From a virus (taxonomy: Duplodnaviria > Caudoviricetes), in IMG/VR virus record IMGVR_UViG_3300044233_001111, positions 1 through 28,195 of that record: a DNA stretch of 28,195 bases; one strand, 5' to 3'. Shown here piece after piece: positions 6,728 to 17,900 of the stretch (position 1 is its first letter; every line of letters starts with the position of its first letter). Under the pieces are notes generated by a model. It was not told where the DNA came from, ran no database searches, and worked only from the letters and a program-made list of their open reading frames with translations. The translations under genes were made by a program, and so were the position numbers.

Positions 6728-8661
6728 TGGCAACGAATGAATCAAGATTAAGAGTTACGGAGTTAGACTTTGATAACATAAAAGACAATCTTAAATTTTT
6801 TCTAAAGGGACAAGATAAGTTCAAGGACTATGACTTTGAAGGTTCTGGTATGAATATCCTACTGGACACACTTGCATATAACACACACTACATGGCCTTC
6901 AATGCAAACATGGTTGCAAATGAAATGTTCTTGGACAGTTCTAGTTTACGTTCAAGTGCAGTGTCACACGCAAAAGCATTAGGGTATGAAGTTAGGTCTG
7001 CAAGAGCACCAAAGGCAACCATCAATGTAAATTTAGTTACCACAGATCCAACAAAAACTATGAACGCAGGCACAGCATTTACTGCAACCATAGACGGACT
7101 AAATTATCAGTTTGTTACAATATCTGATGTAACTGCATCTAACAGTGGAAACTCTGTTAATTTTGGCAGTGTTGATATCTATGAAGGAACTTATGTGACT
7201 TCAAAAGTTATTGTAGATACCTCTGACGTTGACCAGACCTTTACACTAACAGATCCAAGAGCAGACACGACAACTCTTACTGTTAAGGTTCAAACATCCA
7301 CCACAGATACGTCAACTATAACCTATACGAAAGCAACGGACATCACACAACTCTCTGCGTCATCCACAGTTTACTATTTACAAGAAGTTGAAAGAGGTAG
7401 GTTTGAGGTTTACTTTGGAGATGGTGTGGTGAGTAAAGCACTAGAGGATGGAAACATAGTTCAACTACAATATGTCATAACAAACAAAGGTGCGGCAAAT
7501 GGTGTGTCACTCTTTTCATCACCAGCAACCATTGATGGTGTGAGTGATATCGTTGTTACAACTGTCGCAAGTGCATTTGGTGGTGCAGAACCAGAGTCGG
7601 TTGATTCAATAAAACTAAACGCACCACTAAATTATTCTGCACAAGGTCGTGCGGTTACAACTTCAGACTATGAGGTTTACGTTAAAAAACTATTTGCAAA
7701 TACGCAGGCTGTTTCAGTGTGGGGTGGAGAGGATGGAAGTTTTGATCCTGCCACTGGTGTTAGTTCAACACCAGAATATGGAAAAGTTTTTATATCAGTA
7801 AAGTCTACAACTGGTGTGGATCTGACGGTAACGCAAAAAGATAACTTGGTAAAAGGTTTAGCACCATTTAAAGTTGCATCTGTCACACCAGTTATCGTTG
7901 ATGCAGATACCACTGAAATAATTTTAGGAGTTACTTTTATGTTTGACTCTTCATCTACCACTACAACAGGCGAAGGACTTGCAGCTTTAGTAAACACAAC
8001 ATTACAAAATTATAACTCTTCTGATTTACAAAGTTTTAACAGACCATTTAGACACTCTAAAGTTTTGAGGTTGATTGATGAAACTGATACTGCAATATTA
8101 AATAATACCACAACTGTGACGATGGCAAAAAGATTTACACCAACACTATCAACAGCAACATCTTATAATCTCAATTTTAATAATGCGTTCTTTAATCCAG
8201 TGACAGGGTACAATGAAGCTGGTGGTGGAGTTGTCTCCTCAACTGGATTTTTTCTAAACGGTGTCACTACAACAGAATATTTTTTTGATGATGATGGTTC
8301 TGGTAATTTAAGAATATACAGTCTCGTTGGTAACACAAGAACGTATGCAAATTCAAATGCTGGAACTATTGACTATGCAAATGGTTTAATAACGATAGGT
8401 TCAATAACAATCACTGGTGTTGGTTTTGTTGATGGTGCATCTTCATCTCAAATTCGTATAACTGCTTTACCTAGATCAAATGATATTACTCCTGTTAGAA
8501 ACCAAATACTTGAGATTGATTTTGCAAACACTACGATAACATCAAGTGTCGATGCAACTGCGACAACTGGAAAAGGTTATACAACAACTACAACATCTGC
8601 TGGGACAACAACCACAACAGTTACAACTACAACATCCACACCAACGAGTTCGGCGTATTGA
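6727..8661 (+). CDS. gp6: Baseplate wedge subunit gp6
   Basis: LDFD.IK.NLK.FL..Q..FKDYDFEGS.M..LLD.LAYNTHY..FNANM..NE.FLDS, YFGDGV, AP..Y.AQ.RAVT..DY, WGGED and YGKVFIS. Confidence 0.95.
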   Translation: MATNESRLRVTELDFDNIKDNLKFFLKGQDKFKDYDFEGSGMNILLDTLAYNTHYMAFNANMVANEMFLDSSSLRSSAVSHAKALGYEVRSARAPKATINVNLVTTDPTKTMNAGTAFTATIDGLNYQFVTISDVTASNSGNSVNFGSVDIYEGTYVTSKVIVDTSDVDQTFTLTDPRADTTTLTVKVQTSTTDTSTITYTKATDITQLSASSTVYYLQEVERGRFEVYFGDGVVSKALEDGNIVQLQYVITNKGAANGVSLFSSPATIDGVSDIVVTTVASAFGGAEPESVDSIKLNAPLNYSAQGRAVTTSDYEVYVKKLFANTQAVSVWGGEDGSFDPATGVSSTPEYGKVFISVKSTTGVDLTVTQKDNLVKGLAPFKVASVTPVIVDADTTEIILGVTFMFDSSSTTTTGEGLAALVNTTLQNYNSSDLQSFNRPFRHSKVLRLIDETDTAILNNTTTVTMAKRFTPTLSTATSYNLNFNNAFFNPVTGYNEAGGGVVSSTGFFLNGVTTTEYFFDDDGSGNLRIYSLVGNTRTYANSNAGTIDYANGLITIGSITITGVGFVDGASSSQIRITALPRSNDITPVRNQILEIDFANTTITSSVDATATTGKGYTTTTTSAGTTTTTVTTTTSTPTSSAY

Positions 8662-8664
8662 TAA

Positions 8665-11600
8665 ATGTCTGAGTTAAAGTCAAAATTTACGAAGAAGGTT
8701 TCTCCTCTTATAGAAGGACAGGTGCCTGACTTTGTTCAAGCAGATCATCCAGTATTCGTGGACTTTGTAAAAGATTACTTTCAGTTCTTAGAAGCTGGTA
8801 AACTTTCTATATCTGGTAATATTGATTATATTGTCCAAGAAACTAAAACTTCTGCTTTTATTTTAGAAGAAACAGATGGTGACAGAATTGTAACAGAGGC
8901 TGCATCTGGTTCTGGTGCAAAGTTCATTAATGGTGAAACGATAACTGGTGGAACAACTGGTGCAACGTCAACTGTTCTGGTAGAGGACTCTAGAAACTCA
9001 CAACTCTTTATCACAGGACAACAACTCTTTGAAACTGGTGAGACTGTAACTGGTGCAACATCTGGTGCTCAAGGTATTGTTACAGAGTATCGTGCAAACC
9101 CGATACAAACCATTCAACAGTTATTAGAATACGCAGACGTTGATAATACTCTATTTGATTTCTTAGATCAAATGCGTGATTCGTTTATGACAGCAATACC
9201 AGAGACACTTGCGTCTGGTGTATCAAAGAGAAATCTAATCAAAAATATTAAAGACTTGTATGCTGCAAAAGGATCATCTGAAGGACACAAACTTTTCATA
9301 AGATTGTTACTTGGTGAAAGTTCTGAGATATTCTATCCCACAGAATATATGTTAAGACTCTCTGATGGTGATTGGAGACAACGAACAATTATGAGAGTCG
9401 CAGCTGGTTCTGGTGTAAGTGGTGATGAAGTAATCAACCAAGTCATAACTGGTCAGACCTCTGGTGCAACAGCAGTCGTTGTTGATTCTCTTGTTTTACA
9501 GCAAGGTGCAACATCTGTTACTGAATTTAGAATCGCAAACATAACAGGGACTTTTGTTGATGGAGAAACAATAGTCGCAAACTCAACAGCAAGAGATGTT
9601 GATGTTACGTTTACCATTGAGGGAATTGTTGCATCTACTGCGCTAGTCAATGATGGTATACTTCACGCAGATAATGAAGATATAGATTTAGAAAATATAG
9701 GAAATGGTTTTGGTGAAATAAAAGTTGATGGTATTGCAGAGGGATCTGTAAGTGAAGTTATAGTAGATGACGTTGGTCAAAAATATGAAGTTGGTGATGT
9801 TCTAACTTTCACTACAAACTCTGCTGATACTAATGTAAGTTCTGCCAGTGGTTTTGTAAGCATGGTTGGTGGTGGTATCCAGTTAGAAACTGCAACACTG
9901 GATGATTCTAGTTTGACCGATGATGCAATTATTTTAGAAAGTGGAACAACCACATCACTTGAATCTTTTAACATTCAGTCAGAGCAAAATGTAGATGATA
10001 GGTTTAGAGGTGATGGTGAGACTCTTGCGTTTACTTTGACGGACGTAAATGCAAATATTGACACAGTGGTGGTCAATATTAATAATGTTCAAACACCATC
10101 AGTAAATGCATCTGGTGTAACAGTATGGACTGCAAGTGGAACTACGTTGACATTTCAAACAGATTTTACTCCAGCACTTGGTGATGAAATTTATGTGTAC
10201 GCAAATAGAAATGATCTAATAATTCTTGACGGAACTAATACTTCTAGTGATAATGCTGGACACAATATTTTAACTGATAGTGTTGAGGAGTTTGCAGATA
10301 CATACACGACTGCGACAGACCAAATTGTTTTAGAGTTTGATACGTTTGAAGATATTTTATCATCATCCACTGAGTCTGGATCAATTCAAAAAGTGCAAGT
10401 TTCTAGTGGTGGTCAAGGTTATACGAAACTACCAACCGTTTCCATTACAACTACAACTGGAACTGGTGCATCACTTCTTGCAACCACAGAAAATATTGGT
10501 GCAGCAAGGTCAATAAAAATCACTGACCCTGGCTTTAACTATGTTGGAACAAATCCACCAGATGCAACTTTTAGAGCTCACTTTGTTCTTAAAGATGTCA
10601 CTGGAACTTTTGCAAACACAAACACTCTTACAACTCATACTGGAACAGTTAAAGGGTTTGATGCAGACACAAATGTTCTTGATACAACATTTGAAAACGT
10701 GGTGAGAGTTGAACAAGAACAAACTGGAACATTTCAAGAGGGAATACAACTAGAGCAAGGTAATCTAGAACATATGCCTGCATCATTTTTACTTGAGGAT
10801 ATTTTAGATTTTGATGATGGTGAAAATATTGTATTAGATGGAACTGAAACATTTACACCACCAGCACAAAATATTACATTTAAAGTTCGTGTTGCTAGAA
10901 ATGCAGCTGACACCGCAAATATTTTCTACGTTAATGATGAACCCCAACCAAGACTGGTTCTTTACGAGGGTAATACTTATTACTTTGACTTATCTGACAG
11001 TTCATTGTACAATGCCAACTCTGCAAAGAACCATCAACTAAGATTTTCTGAAACAGAAAATGGAACACATGGTGGTGGAGTTGCATATGAAACTGGTGTA
11101 ACAACTTCCTCTGCAAATATAGCAGTTGGAACAACTGGTGCATATATTCAGATTGTGGTTGCAACTGGTGCTCCAGTTCTATATTATTATTGTGTCAATC
11201 ATTCTGGTATGGGTAACATTGCTCAGACACCATCATACGAAACTATTGTTCTAAACTCTGGTAGTAATATTCTTTTTAATGCAACACAACATGGCCCAAA
11301 TGTTGCAACAATAAAATTAGAGGATGGGACTCAAGGAAGAAAAGATACAGATAGTATTGTCTTTGAAGATACTGGTAGACCCATTCTTCTTGAAGAGGCA
11401 ATTATAGGAACACTCCAAGATGTTGAGGATAAACTTTTAATTGACAGGTATCAAGAAGATAATACTGGAAACTTCTTCATAGATTTGGAGACTGAGACTG
11501 CTGGTGTGTTTGGTGGTAGACTTGCGACAGAGGACTTTGGTGATTCAATATTATTGAACTCGTCTGCGGCCTCAACAGATGAGGGTAGTAAACTTCTTGG

Positions 11601-13452
11601 TGCAGATGAAACTGGTAATGGTCAGATAACTCTGAATGGAACAGATAGTGACTCAACTGATGCTGATAGTCATATCATAAACGAAAGTGGTATTGATTTC
11701 TCAAATCGCAATGTCACCATTACAGATAGTTCTGGTGCAAGTGGAACTATTGTAACAGCAGATATTGCAACTGGAACAACTGCTGTTGATATCATATCAA
11801 CTGATGCTGGTTCTTATGCTGGTATTGATAGTCTGTTAGGACAAGACTTAATTCGTATACAAGACTCTTATTACTATCAAGATTACTCCTATGAAGTTCA
11901 AGTTGGTGAGGCTTTCTCAACGTATGTGAATGAACTCAAGAAGGCAGTTCACCCTGCTGGTTTCCAACCATTTGGTAGAGTTACAATCGCAACTCTGGTA
12001 TCTGCTGCGATTACGAATACTGCGGCTGGTGTATCTGATTACACTGGTGATAGATTGTTCTCACCGATACTTGCATCTGTCATTGAAACTCTATTCTCAC
12101 AAAGACTACAAATGCGTATTGGTGTTCCTAAGTCTGATAGACACGATGGTCAAATTCCAATCGGAAGTCGTGAAGATCAAATCGTATTGGATGGAACAGA
12201 TGGTTCATCTTCCAATTCTGGTGAGTCTATACTCTATGAAGCCAACACTAGAATGGCAGACGATGACATAACATCTGGTGTAGATTCTGGTGGTGGTCGT
12301 TTGATGTCAGAAACATCCCATGCTCCGTCTGCTGATTATGATGGTGCGGTTGTCAAAGAACAAGTTGTCAGTATTAGTAAGAACCCAATTTACCTAGAAA
12401 GAAATCTTTTACTTCACCTTGCAGAGTTACCTTTTGGAACAAAGAATGGAACTTGTGGTATCGCACTAGAGTCTGGAAGTGGGACTCTTGCAGACGTTCT
12501 CGTTTTGGATGGTCAACTACCACTTGACGAGGGTGATGCGTTTATCGTGATGAATGGAACTGATGCAAGTGGATCTAATGAAGGAGACAATATTGTATTG
12601 AACGGAACTGATACGGATAGTTCAAATGCTGGAGAGAACTTACTTGCAGAATCAATGTTCTTCTCTTTCCCAGTTGGATTTAAGGTCGATGAGAATGATA
12701 GGTTCTTACTAGACTCAAATCACAATGACCAGACAATAACTCTGTCAGATGTTGGTGATATTACTTTTGAAGAAATAAGAAGATTAGATAGAATTAATTT
12801 AAGTGATACCAACGATAGTATAAACTGGGGTGGTGGTGAAGAAGACGGTATCACTTTAGAAAATGCTGGTAATCTTTTATTAGATGGAACTGATAGTTCT
12901 AGTTCTAATGCTGGAAGTCATATCATCCAAGAGACTACATTGAGAAACTATGTGCAGTTAGAAACTTCTGGTGTTATCGTGACAGAGGACTTCTCTACCA
13001 ATTCTAATCAGTCAAGAATATTACTAAATGATGGTGAGGAGATAGTTCTTGAAGATGGTATAAATTCACCAAAACAATCTCATGTGGAATTAGAACTTTC
13101 TGAAATAGATGGTGATATTATTTTAGACGGAACTGATAGTTCTGGATCTAATGCTGGGGATTTCTTAGTCCATGAGGCTTTCCATGATTATAGAGAATCT
13201 GCTAGATTGTTATCAGAATTTCATAACGTGTTTGCATCTGAAGGACATATTCCTCTCGCAAACTTTAGACTAAATAGTAGTAGTAAAGTCACAGTGGGTC
13301 ACGTTCAGGCTGCAGAAATAGTTGTAAGAAGCACTGGAGAGATTGCATTAGAGGATGCAACAGATACAACAAATACAAACACGGAGTATTTGTTAGATGA
13401 AACAAATGGAAATAACATAGATTTAGAGGGTGCAACAGGAATAACCCACTAA
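8665..13452 (+). CDS. gp7: Baseplate wedge initiator gp7-like protein, greatly expanded with inserted domains
   Basis: Position between gp6 and gp8. Q.P.FV..DHP.FV.F.K.Y..FLE, LIKNIKDLY.AKG...G.KL..R.L and IQDSYYYQDYSYEV...Y...LK..VHPAGF..FG are motifs of marine T4-like gp7. Confidence 0.82.
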   Translation: MSELKSKFTKKVSPLIEGQVPDFVQADHPVFVDFVKDYFQFLEAGKLSISGNIDYIVQETKTSAFILEETDGDRIVTEAASGSGAKFINGETITGGTTGATSTVLVEDSRNSQLFITGQQLFETGETVTGATSGAQGIVTEYRANPIQTIQQLLEYADVDNTLFDFLDQMRDSFMTAIPETLASGVSKRNLIKNIKDLYAAKGSSEGHKLFIRLLLGESSEIFYPTEYMLRLSDGDWRQRTIMRVAAGSGVSGDEVINQVITGQTSGATAVVVDSLVLQQGATSVTEFRIANITGTFVDGETIVANSTARDVDVTFTIEGIVASTALVNDGILHADNEDIDLENIGNGFGEIKVDGIAEGSVSEVIVDDVGQKYEVGDVLTFTTNSADTNVSSASGFVSMVGGGIQLETATLDDSSLTDDAIILESGTTTSLESFNIQSEQNVDDRFRGDGETLAFTLTDVNANIDTVVVNINNVQTPSVNASGVTVWTASGTTLTFQTDFTPALGDEIYVYANRNDLIILDGTNTSSDNAGHNILTDSVEEFADTYTTATDQIVLEFDTFEDILSSSTESGSIQKVQVSSGGQGYTKLPTVSITTTTGTGASLLATTENIGAARSIKITDPGFNYVGTNPPDATFRAHFVLKDVTGTFANTNTLTTHTGTVKGFDADTNVLDTTFENVVRVEQEQTGTFQEGIQLEQGNLEHMPASFLLEDILDFDDGENIVLDGTETFTPPAQNITFKVRVARNAADTANIFYVNDEPQPRLVLYEGNTYYFDLSDSSLYNANSAKNHQLRFSETENGTHGGGVAYETGVTTSSANIAVGTTGAYIQIVVATGAPVLYYYCVNHSGMGNIAQTPSYETIVLNSGSNILFNATQHGPNVATIKLEDGTQGRKDTDSIVFEDTGRPILLEEAIIGTLQDVEDKLLIDRYQEDNTGNFFIDLETETAGVFGGRLATEDFGDSILLNSSAASTDEGSKLLGADETGNGQITLNGTDSDSTDADSHIINESGIDFSNRNVTITDSSGASGTIVTADIATGTTAVDIISTDAGSYAGIDSLLGQDLIRIQDSYYYQDYSYEVQVGEAFSTYVNELKKAVHPAGFQPFGRVTIATLVSAAITNTAAGVSDYTGDRLFSPILASVIETLFSQRLQMRIGVPKSDRHDGQIPIGSREDQIVLDGTDGSSSNSGESILYEANTRMADDDITSGVDSGGGRLMSETSHAPSADYDGAVVKEQVVSISKNPIYLERNLLLHLAELPFGTKNGTCGIALESGSGTLADVLVLDGQLPLDEGDAFIVMNGTDASGSNEGDNIVLNGTDTDSSNAGENLLAESMFFSFPVGFKVDENDRFLLDSNHNDQTITLSDVGDITFEEIRRLDRINLSDTNDSINWGGGEEDGITLENAGNLLLDGTDSSSSNAGSHIIQETTLRNYVQLETSGVIVTEDFSTNSNQSRILLNDGEEIVLEDGINSPKQSHVELELSEIDGDIILDGTDSSGSNAGDFLVHEAFHDYRESARLLSEFHNVFASEGHIPLANFRLNSSSKVTVGHVQAAEIVVRSTGEIALEDATDTTNTNTEYLLDETNGNNIDLEGATGITH
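10216..13176 (+). repeat. Dispersed acidic peptide repeat (I/L)-L-(D/N)-G-T-D-x-S-S-S-(N/D)-A-G-x-x-I within gp7
   Basis: Copies near 10216, 11545 (degenerate), 11623, 12178, 12541 (two in tandem), 12871 and 13114, read from the translation. Confidence 0.85.
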
Positions 13453-13461
13453 AACTTTTTG

Positions 13462-13469
13462 TATAAATA
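13462..13469 (+). promoter_or_regulatory. T4-type late promoter TATAAATA
   Basis: Exact consensus in the gp7-gp8 intergenic gap. Confidence 0.8.
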
Positions 13470-13486
13470 AAGTAAAAGGTGTAAAA

Positions 13487-14983
13487 ATGTCGGCAATTAT
13501 TACAGAAAAATTTAGACAACATAATGCTTCACAGTTCGTAGAATCATTTACAGAGGCAGCTGCTTCAACTTATTATTTGTTCTTGGGGAAGGCAACTGCA
13601 TACACCTCAACAACAACTGGTGGAACTGATAGTTCCCCACCAACTCCAAACACGGGCCCAGAGGATGAGTTTCGTGCATGGAGATCAATGTTGGGTGCAA
13701 AACTTATTACGTCCTCTGATGTAAAAAGATCTATTCCTCGTAGGAACTGGTCAAATGGTGCAACCTTTGATATGTATAGACACGATTATTCATCTTCAAA
13801 TACATCCACATCTGGTTCTTCAGACTTATTTGACTCAACCTTTTACTTTATGACCTCTGATTTTAGAGTTTATAAGGTCTTGGATAATAATGGTGGTTCA
13901 GCTTTCTCTGGTTCAGAACCGACATCTGAATCAACTTCACCATTTGCATCTGGTGGATATGTTCTAAAATATATGTACACCATTTCTACTTCAGACTTTT
14001 CAAAGTTTGGAACTACAGACTTCATTCCAGTTGCAACCGACTCAACTGTAAGTGCAGCTGCAACAGATGGTAAGATTGAAAGTCTTGTGGTAACTGCTGG
14101 TTCTGGTTACACAGATGGAACTTACTATGCTGCAGTATTTGGTGATGGAAATAATCAAGGGACAAGTTCTGGTGCGATTGTGAGGATTACAGTTTCAAGT
14201 GGTGCGATTGTTTCTTTTGGATTGACTGCTGGTACTGATACAACTATCCATGCTGGTGGTGCTGCTTATACTTTTGGTTTTGTTAATCTTGGAGATGATT
14301 ATATTTTTAGTGACGCAAGTTTATCATCATCTGCATCATTAGGTGGTGGATCTGGTGGTGCGATAGAAGTCATTATCAGTCCAGATGGTGGACATGGTAG
14401 TGATGCAGTTCAAGAGTTGGGTGGTCACTTTGTGATGCTTGCAACCACACTCACACAGGCAGAGGGTGATGACTTTACAACCGCAAATGATTTTCGTTCA
14501 GTTGGTATCGTTGTAGACCCAACTAACTTTGGAACATCAACAGTCGCAACTGCATCAACTCGTAGACAAACTTACATTGTTAAAGTAGACACTAATAGTG
14601 GGACGTTTGAAGCAGACGAAAGAATTACACAAGCCACCACTGGTGCGGTAGGAAAGGTTGTGGAGTTTGATAGTTCACTAAGTTTACTTTACTATCAACA
14701 AGAGGAGTTCAAAGGATTTGGAACAAATGCAACAACAGGTGGATACGTTGCATTTAGTGGGACAAATCAAATAACTGGTGCATCTTCTGGTGCAACAGGC
14801 ACGACTGCTGGAACGACTGAAACAGTCACACTTGCAAACGCAAATACTGTGACACTTACCTCTGGTTATGCAAACCCAGAGTTAGCTTTCCCAAGTGGAA
14901 ATATTATTTACCTAGAGAATAGAAAACCTATACAACGAGCTTCAGATCAAACTGAAGATATTAAAGTTATAATTGAGTTTTAA
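13487..14983 (+). CDS. gp8: Baseplate wedge subunit gp8
   Basis: MSAIITEKFR..NA..F, YYLFLG, IPR.NW..G..FDMYRHDY, FY.MTSD.RVYK.LDN, GY..KYMYTI, GGHG.D...ELG and G.IIY.ENR.PI.RA.DQTEDIK.IIEF. Confidence 0.93.
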   Translation: MSAIITEKFRQHNASQFVESFTEAAASTYYLFLGKATAYTSTTTGGTDSSPPTPNTGPEDEFRAWRSMLGAKLITSSDVKRSIPRRNWSNGATFDMYRHDYSSSNTSTSGSSDLFDSTFYFMTSDFRVYKVLDNNGGSAFSGSEPTSESTSPFASGGYVLKYMYTISTSDFSKFGTTDFIPVATDSTVSAAATDGKIESLVVTAGSGYTDGTYYAAVFGDGNNQGTSSGAIVRITVSSGAIVSFGLTAGTDTTIHAGGAAYTFGFVNLGDDYIFSDASLSSSASLGGGSGGAIEVIISPDGGHGSDAVQELGGHFVMLATTLTQAEGDDFTTANDFRSVGIVVDPTNFGTSTVATASTRRQTYIVKVDTNSGTFEADERITQATTGAVGKVVEFDSSLSLLYYQQEEFKGFGTNATTGGYVAFSGTNQITGASSGATGTTAGTTETVTLANANTVTLTSGYANPELAFPSGNIIYLENRKPIQRASDQTEDIKVIIEF

Positions 14984-14985
14984 AC

Positions 14986-17900
14986 ATGGCACAACTTACA
15001 GATCTAAACGTATCACCTTACTATGATGATTTTAATAAGAATGACAATTTTCAAAAAGTTCTATTTCGTCCAGGCTTTGCAGTTCAGGCAAGAGAACTAA
15101 CGACACTTCAATCCATACTCACAGATCAGATTGAAAGTCATGGAAAGTTTGTTTTCAAAGAGGGTAGTCAGGTTATTCCTGGCCAGGCTTCTTTTTCAGA
15201 GTCATATTTTTCCTTACAACTTGCGTCAACATTTGCTGGTGAGGATGTTATTTTAAATCAGTTTTTTAATGAAACTTCCCCAGTAACTATAACAGGTTCT
15301 ACTTCTGGTGTCAAAGCACAAGTTGTTGGATTTAAGGCAGGGACTAGCACGACACAACCAATACTATATTATCAATATATACAGTCTGGTAATGATAACG
15401 CAACGGTGGAGTTTTCCGAATCAGAAAACATTACAGCTGATACAACTATTACACATACAACTTCTTATGCAGCTGGTGTTGCTTGTGCAACCACCCACTC
15501 TTCAAATGCATCACAAACTGGTTGTGCTGTCATTGTTGAAGAGGGTATATATTTTATTCGTGGTCAGTTTGTTAGAAATTCAAAACAAACCGTGGTGTTA
15601 AGTGATAATGATCAGACAGTGAGTGCTAGAGTTGGATTTCAAATTGTAGAAGAAATAATCACTCCAGAGGGAGATGCGAGTCTAACAGACAACGCAGCAG
15701 GGACAACAAACTTTGCAGCAAAAGGTGCCCATAGATTAAAAACTACTTTAACTCTTATATCAAAAGATGAAAACTCAACTGAAGATACAGACTTTGTAGA
15801 GATTATGAGAGTTAGAAATGGCAGACAGACCACTCCAGCAAGGTCTACAGAATTTTCTGTTTTAGGAGAGGAAATTGCAAGAAGAACTTTTGATGAATCT
15901 GGTGATTACACAGTCAGACCTTTTCAGTTTGAGTTAAGAGAGTCTGTGGACAATGACTTCAAAGGGAGAACAAACAAAGGTGTTTTCCAAGGTAAAACAG
16001 TAACAGATGATGGCAAAACACCTGATGAATCTTTACTTGCTCTTCGTGTATCACCAGGCAAAGCATTTGTAAGAGGTTTTGAACTTGAAAAAATTGCACC
16101 GACAGATCTTGATTTAAGTAAGGCAAGAGAGTTTGATACAGTCAATGCTAGTATTGCAACCTTTGAATTAGGAAACTTTGTAAAGGTTGATAATCTATAC
16201 GGAACTCCAGACATATCCCAAATATCTGGTGAGTCAACTGCGTATAAAACAGTGGGACTATTTGACTCTGATACTAAAACAAGAGGTGCTGCTGCTGGTA
16301 ATCAAATCGGTGTAGCAAGAGCCCGAGCTCTTGAGTTTGATTCTGGAACTGCTGGACAACAAGACGCACAATATAAACTATTTCTTTTTGATGTAAGAAT
16401 GTTTACAACTTTAACAATTAGTGGTATACCATCTCCAACTCTGACTGCAACTCATACTAATGGTGGTGTTCAAATTAAAGGTGCTACTTCTGGTGCAACT
16501 GGACTTGTGTTTGGTTCTCTTACGTCTGGAACAACTATAACATTGACAAATGTTATTGGTTCTTTTACAACAGGTGAAAAACTGATTGCATCTGACTCTG
16601 CTCTAACTGGTGGTTTAATTGAAATTACTGGTGGGGATGGTTCAACTGATATTACTATTGGTTCAGCCACAACTAGTATCAGAGCTGAGAGATTTGCTGA
16701 CGTAAGACAAGTCTTTATGGATGATGTTGACAGTGGACAAGACTTCACTGCTGACGTAGTTCCAGAACCCACTGGTGAAACTGGACAACTTATTCTTGAT
16801 GGAACTAATGCAACAAATGCTGATGCTGGTGATAACATAATTTTTGAAGAGGGAACTATTAATGCTGGAACAGTATCAGGTGCCTTTGATGTTCTTGGAT
16901 TAGAAGACATAAGAGTTGCACGATTGAAAAGCCCAGAAAAAAATGTTGCACTATTTAAGTTTCCAAAGAACACGATTAAAACTCTTTTGACAGAGACTAA
17001 TAATGGTGTGAGTGACACGCAGTTCACAGTTCGTAGACAGTTTATTGGAACAACAAACTCATCTGGTGTTGTCACATTTACTGCTGGAAGTAATGAAACA
17101 TTCAATGCGTTTGCAGATGCAGACTATACACTTTCAATATTAACTGCTGGTGGTGGAACTGGAGTTCAAGGAGATATTGTAGATTTAGATGGTAAACTTT
17201 CTGGAACTGGAACTGCAAGTTTGACTATCACAGATAACACTATTCTTGGAAATGCAGCTAAGGTAAAAGTAACTGCAACCATATTGAGAACATCTGTTCA
17301 ATCAAAAACAAAAACAACGCAACTATCTAAGCAACTCAAAGTCCTTGCAACTGATGCTGATGGTGCGTTTGGAACAAGAGCAACTGATAAAGAAATATCA
17401 TTAGGTCGTGCAGATGTGTTTAGACTTCAGGCTGTATTTGATTCAGAGGACACATCTTCTGATGCAACCACACCACAGTTTACTATTTCTAATCTTGTAG
17501 GAACTTTTCAAAGAGGAGAAAAAATAACTGGTGGAAGTTCTGGTGCTGTTGCAAGAATTATATCTACAACCTCTCCCATAACCTATGTTCTCACAGGAGC
17601 AGATGGTTCAACAGACTTTACTGCAAGTGAAACTATCACAGGTGCAGCTAGTGGTGCAACAGCAACAGTTGGAACACTCACTGCTGGTAGTAAAGTCATC
17701 ACTAGTAATTTTGTGCTAGATACTGGACAAAGAGATAACTTCTATGATATCGCAAGAATTGTGAGAAAGCCTGGTGTTGCAGAGCCACGAGGTAGACTTC
17801 TTGTAGTTTACGATTTCTTCACACATGGTTCTGGAGATGCGTTTACAGTTGACTCGTATACTGCGAGTGCTGGACAAATGGAGTATGATGATATTCCAAT

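Noticed and set aside
10216-13176. CRISPR array or DGR template/variable repeat as an explanation for the gp7 repeats
   Set aside because: The repeats are in-frame peptide motifs that differ at synonymous sites and are irregularly spaced. There is no cas or reverse transcriptase gene, and I saw no adenine-specific mismatch pair.
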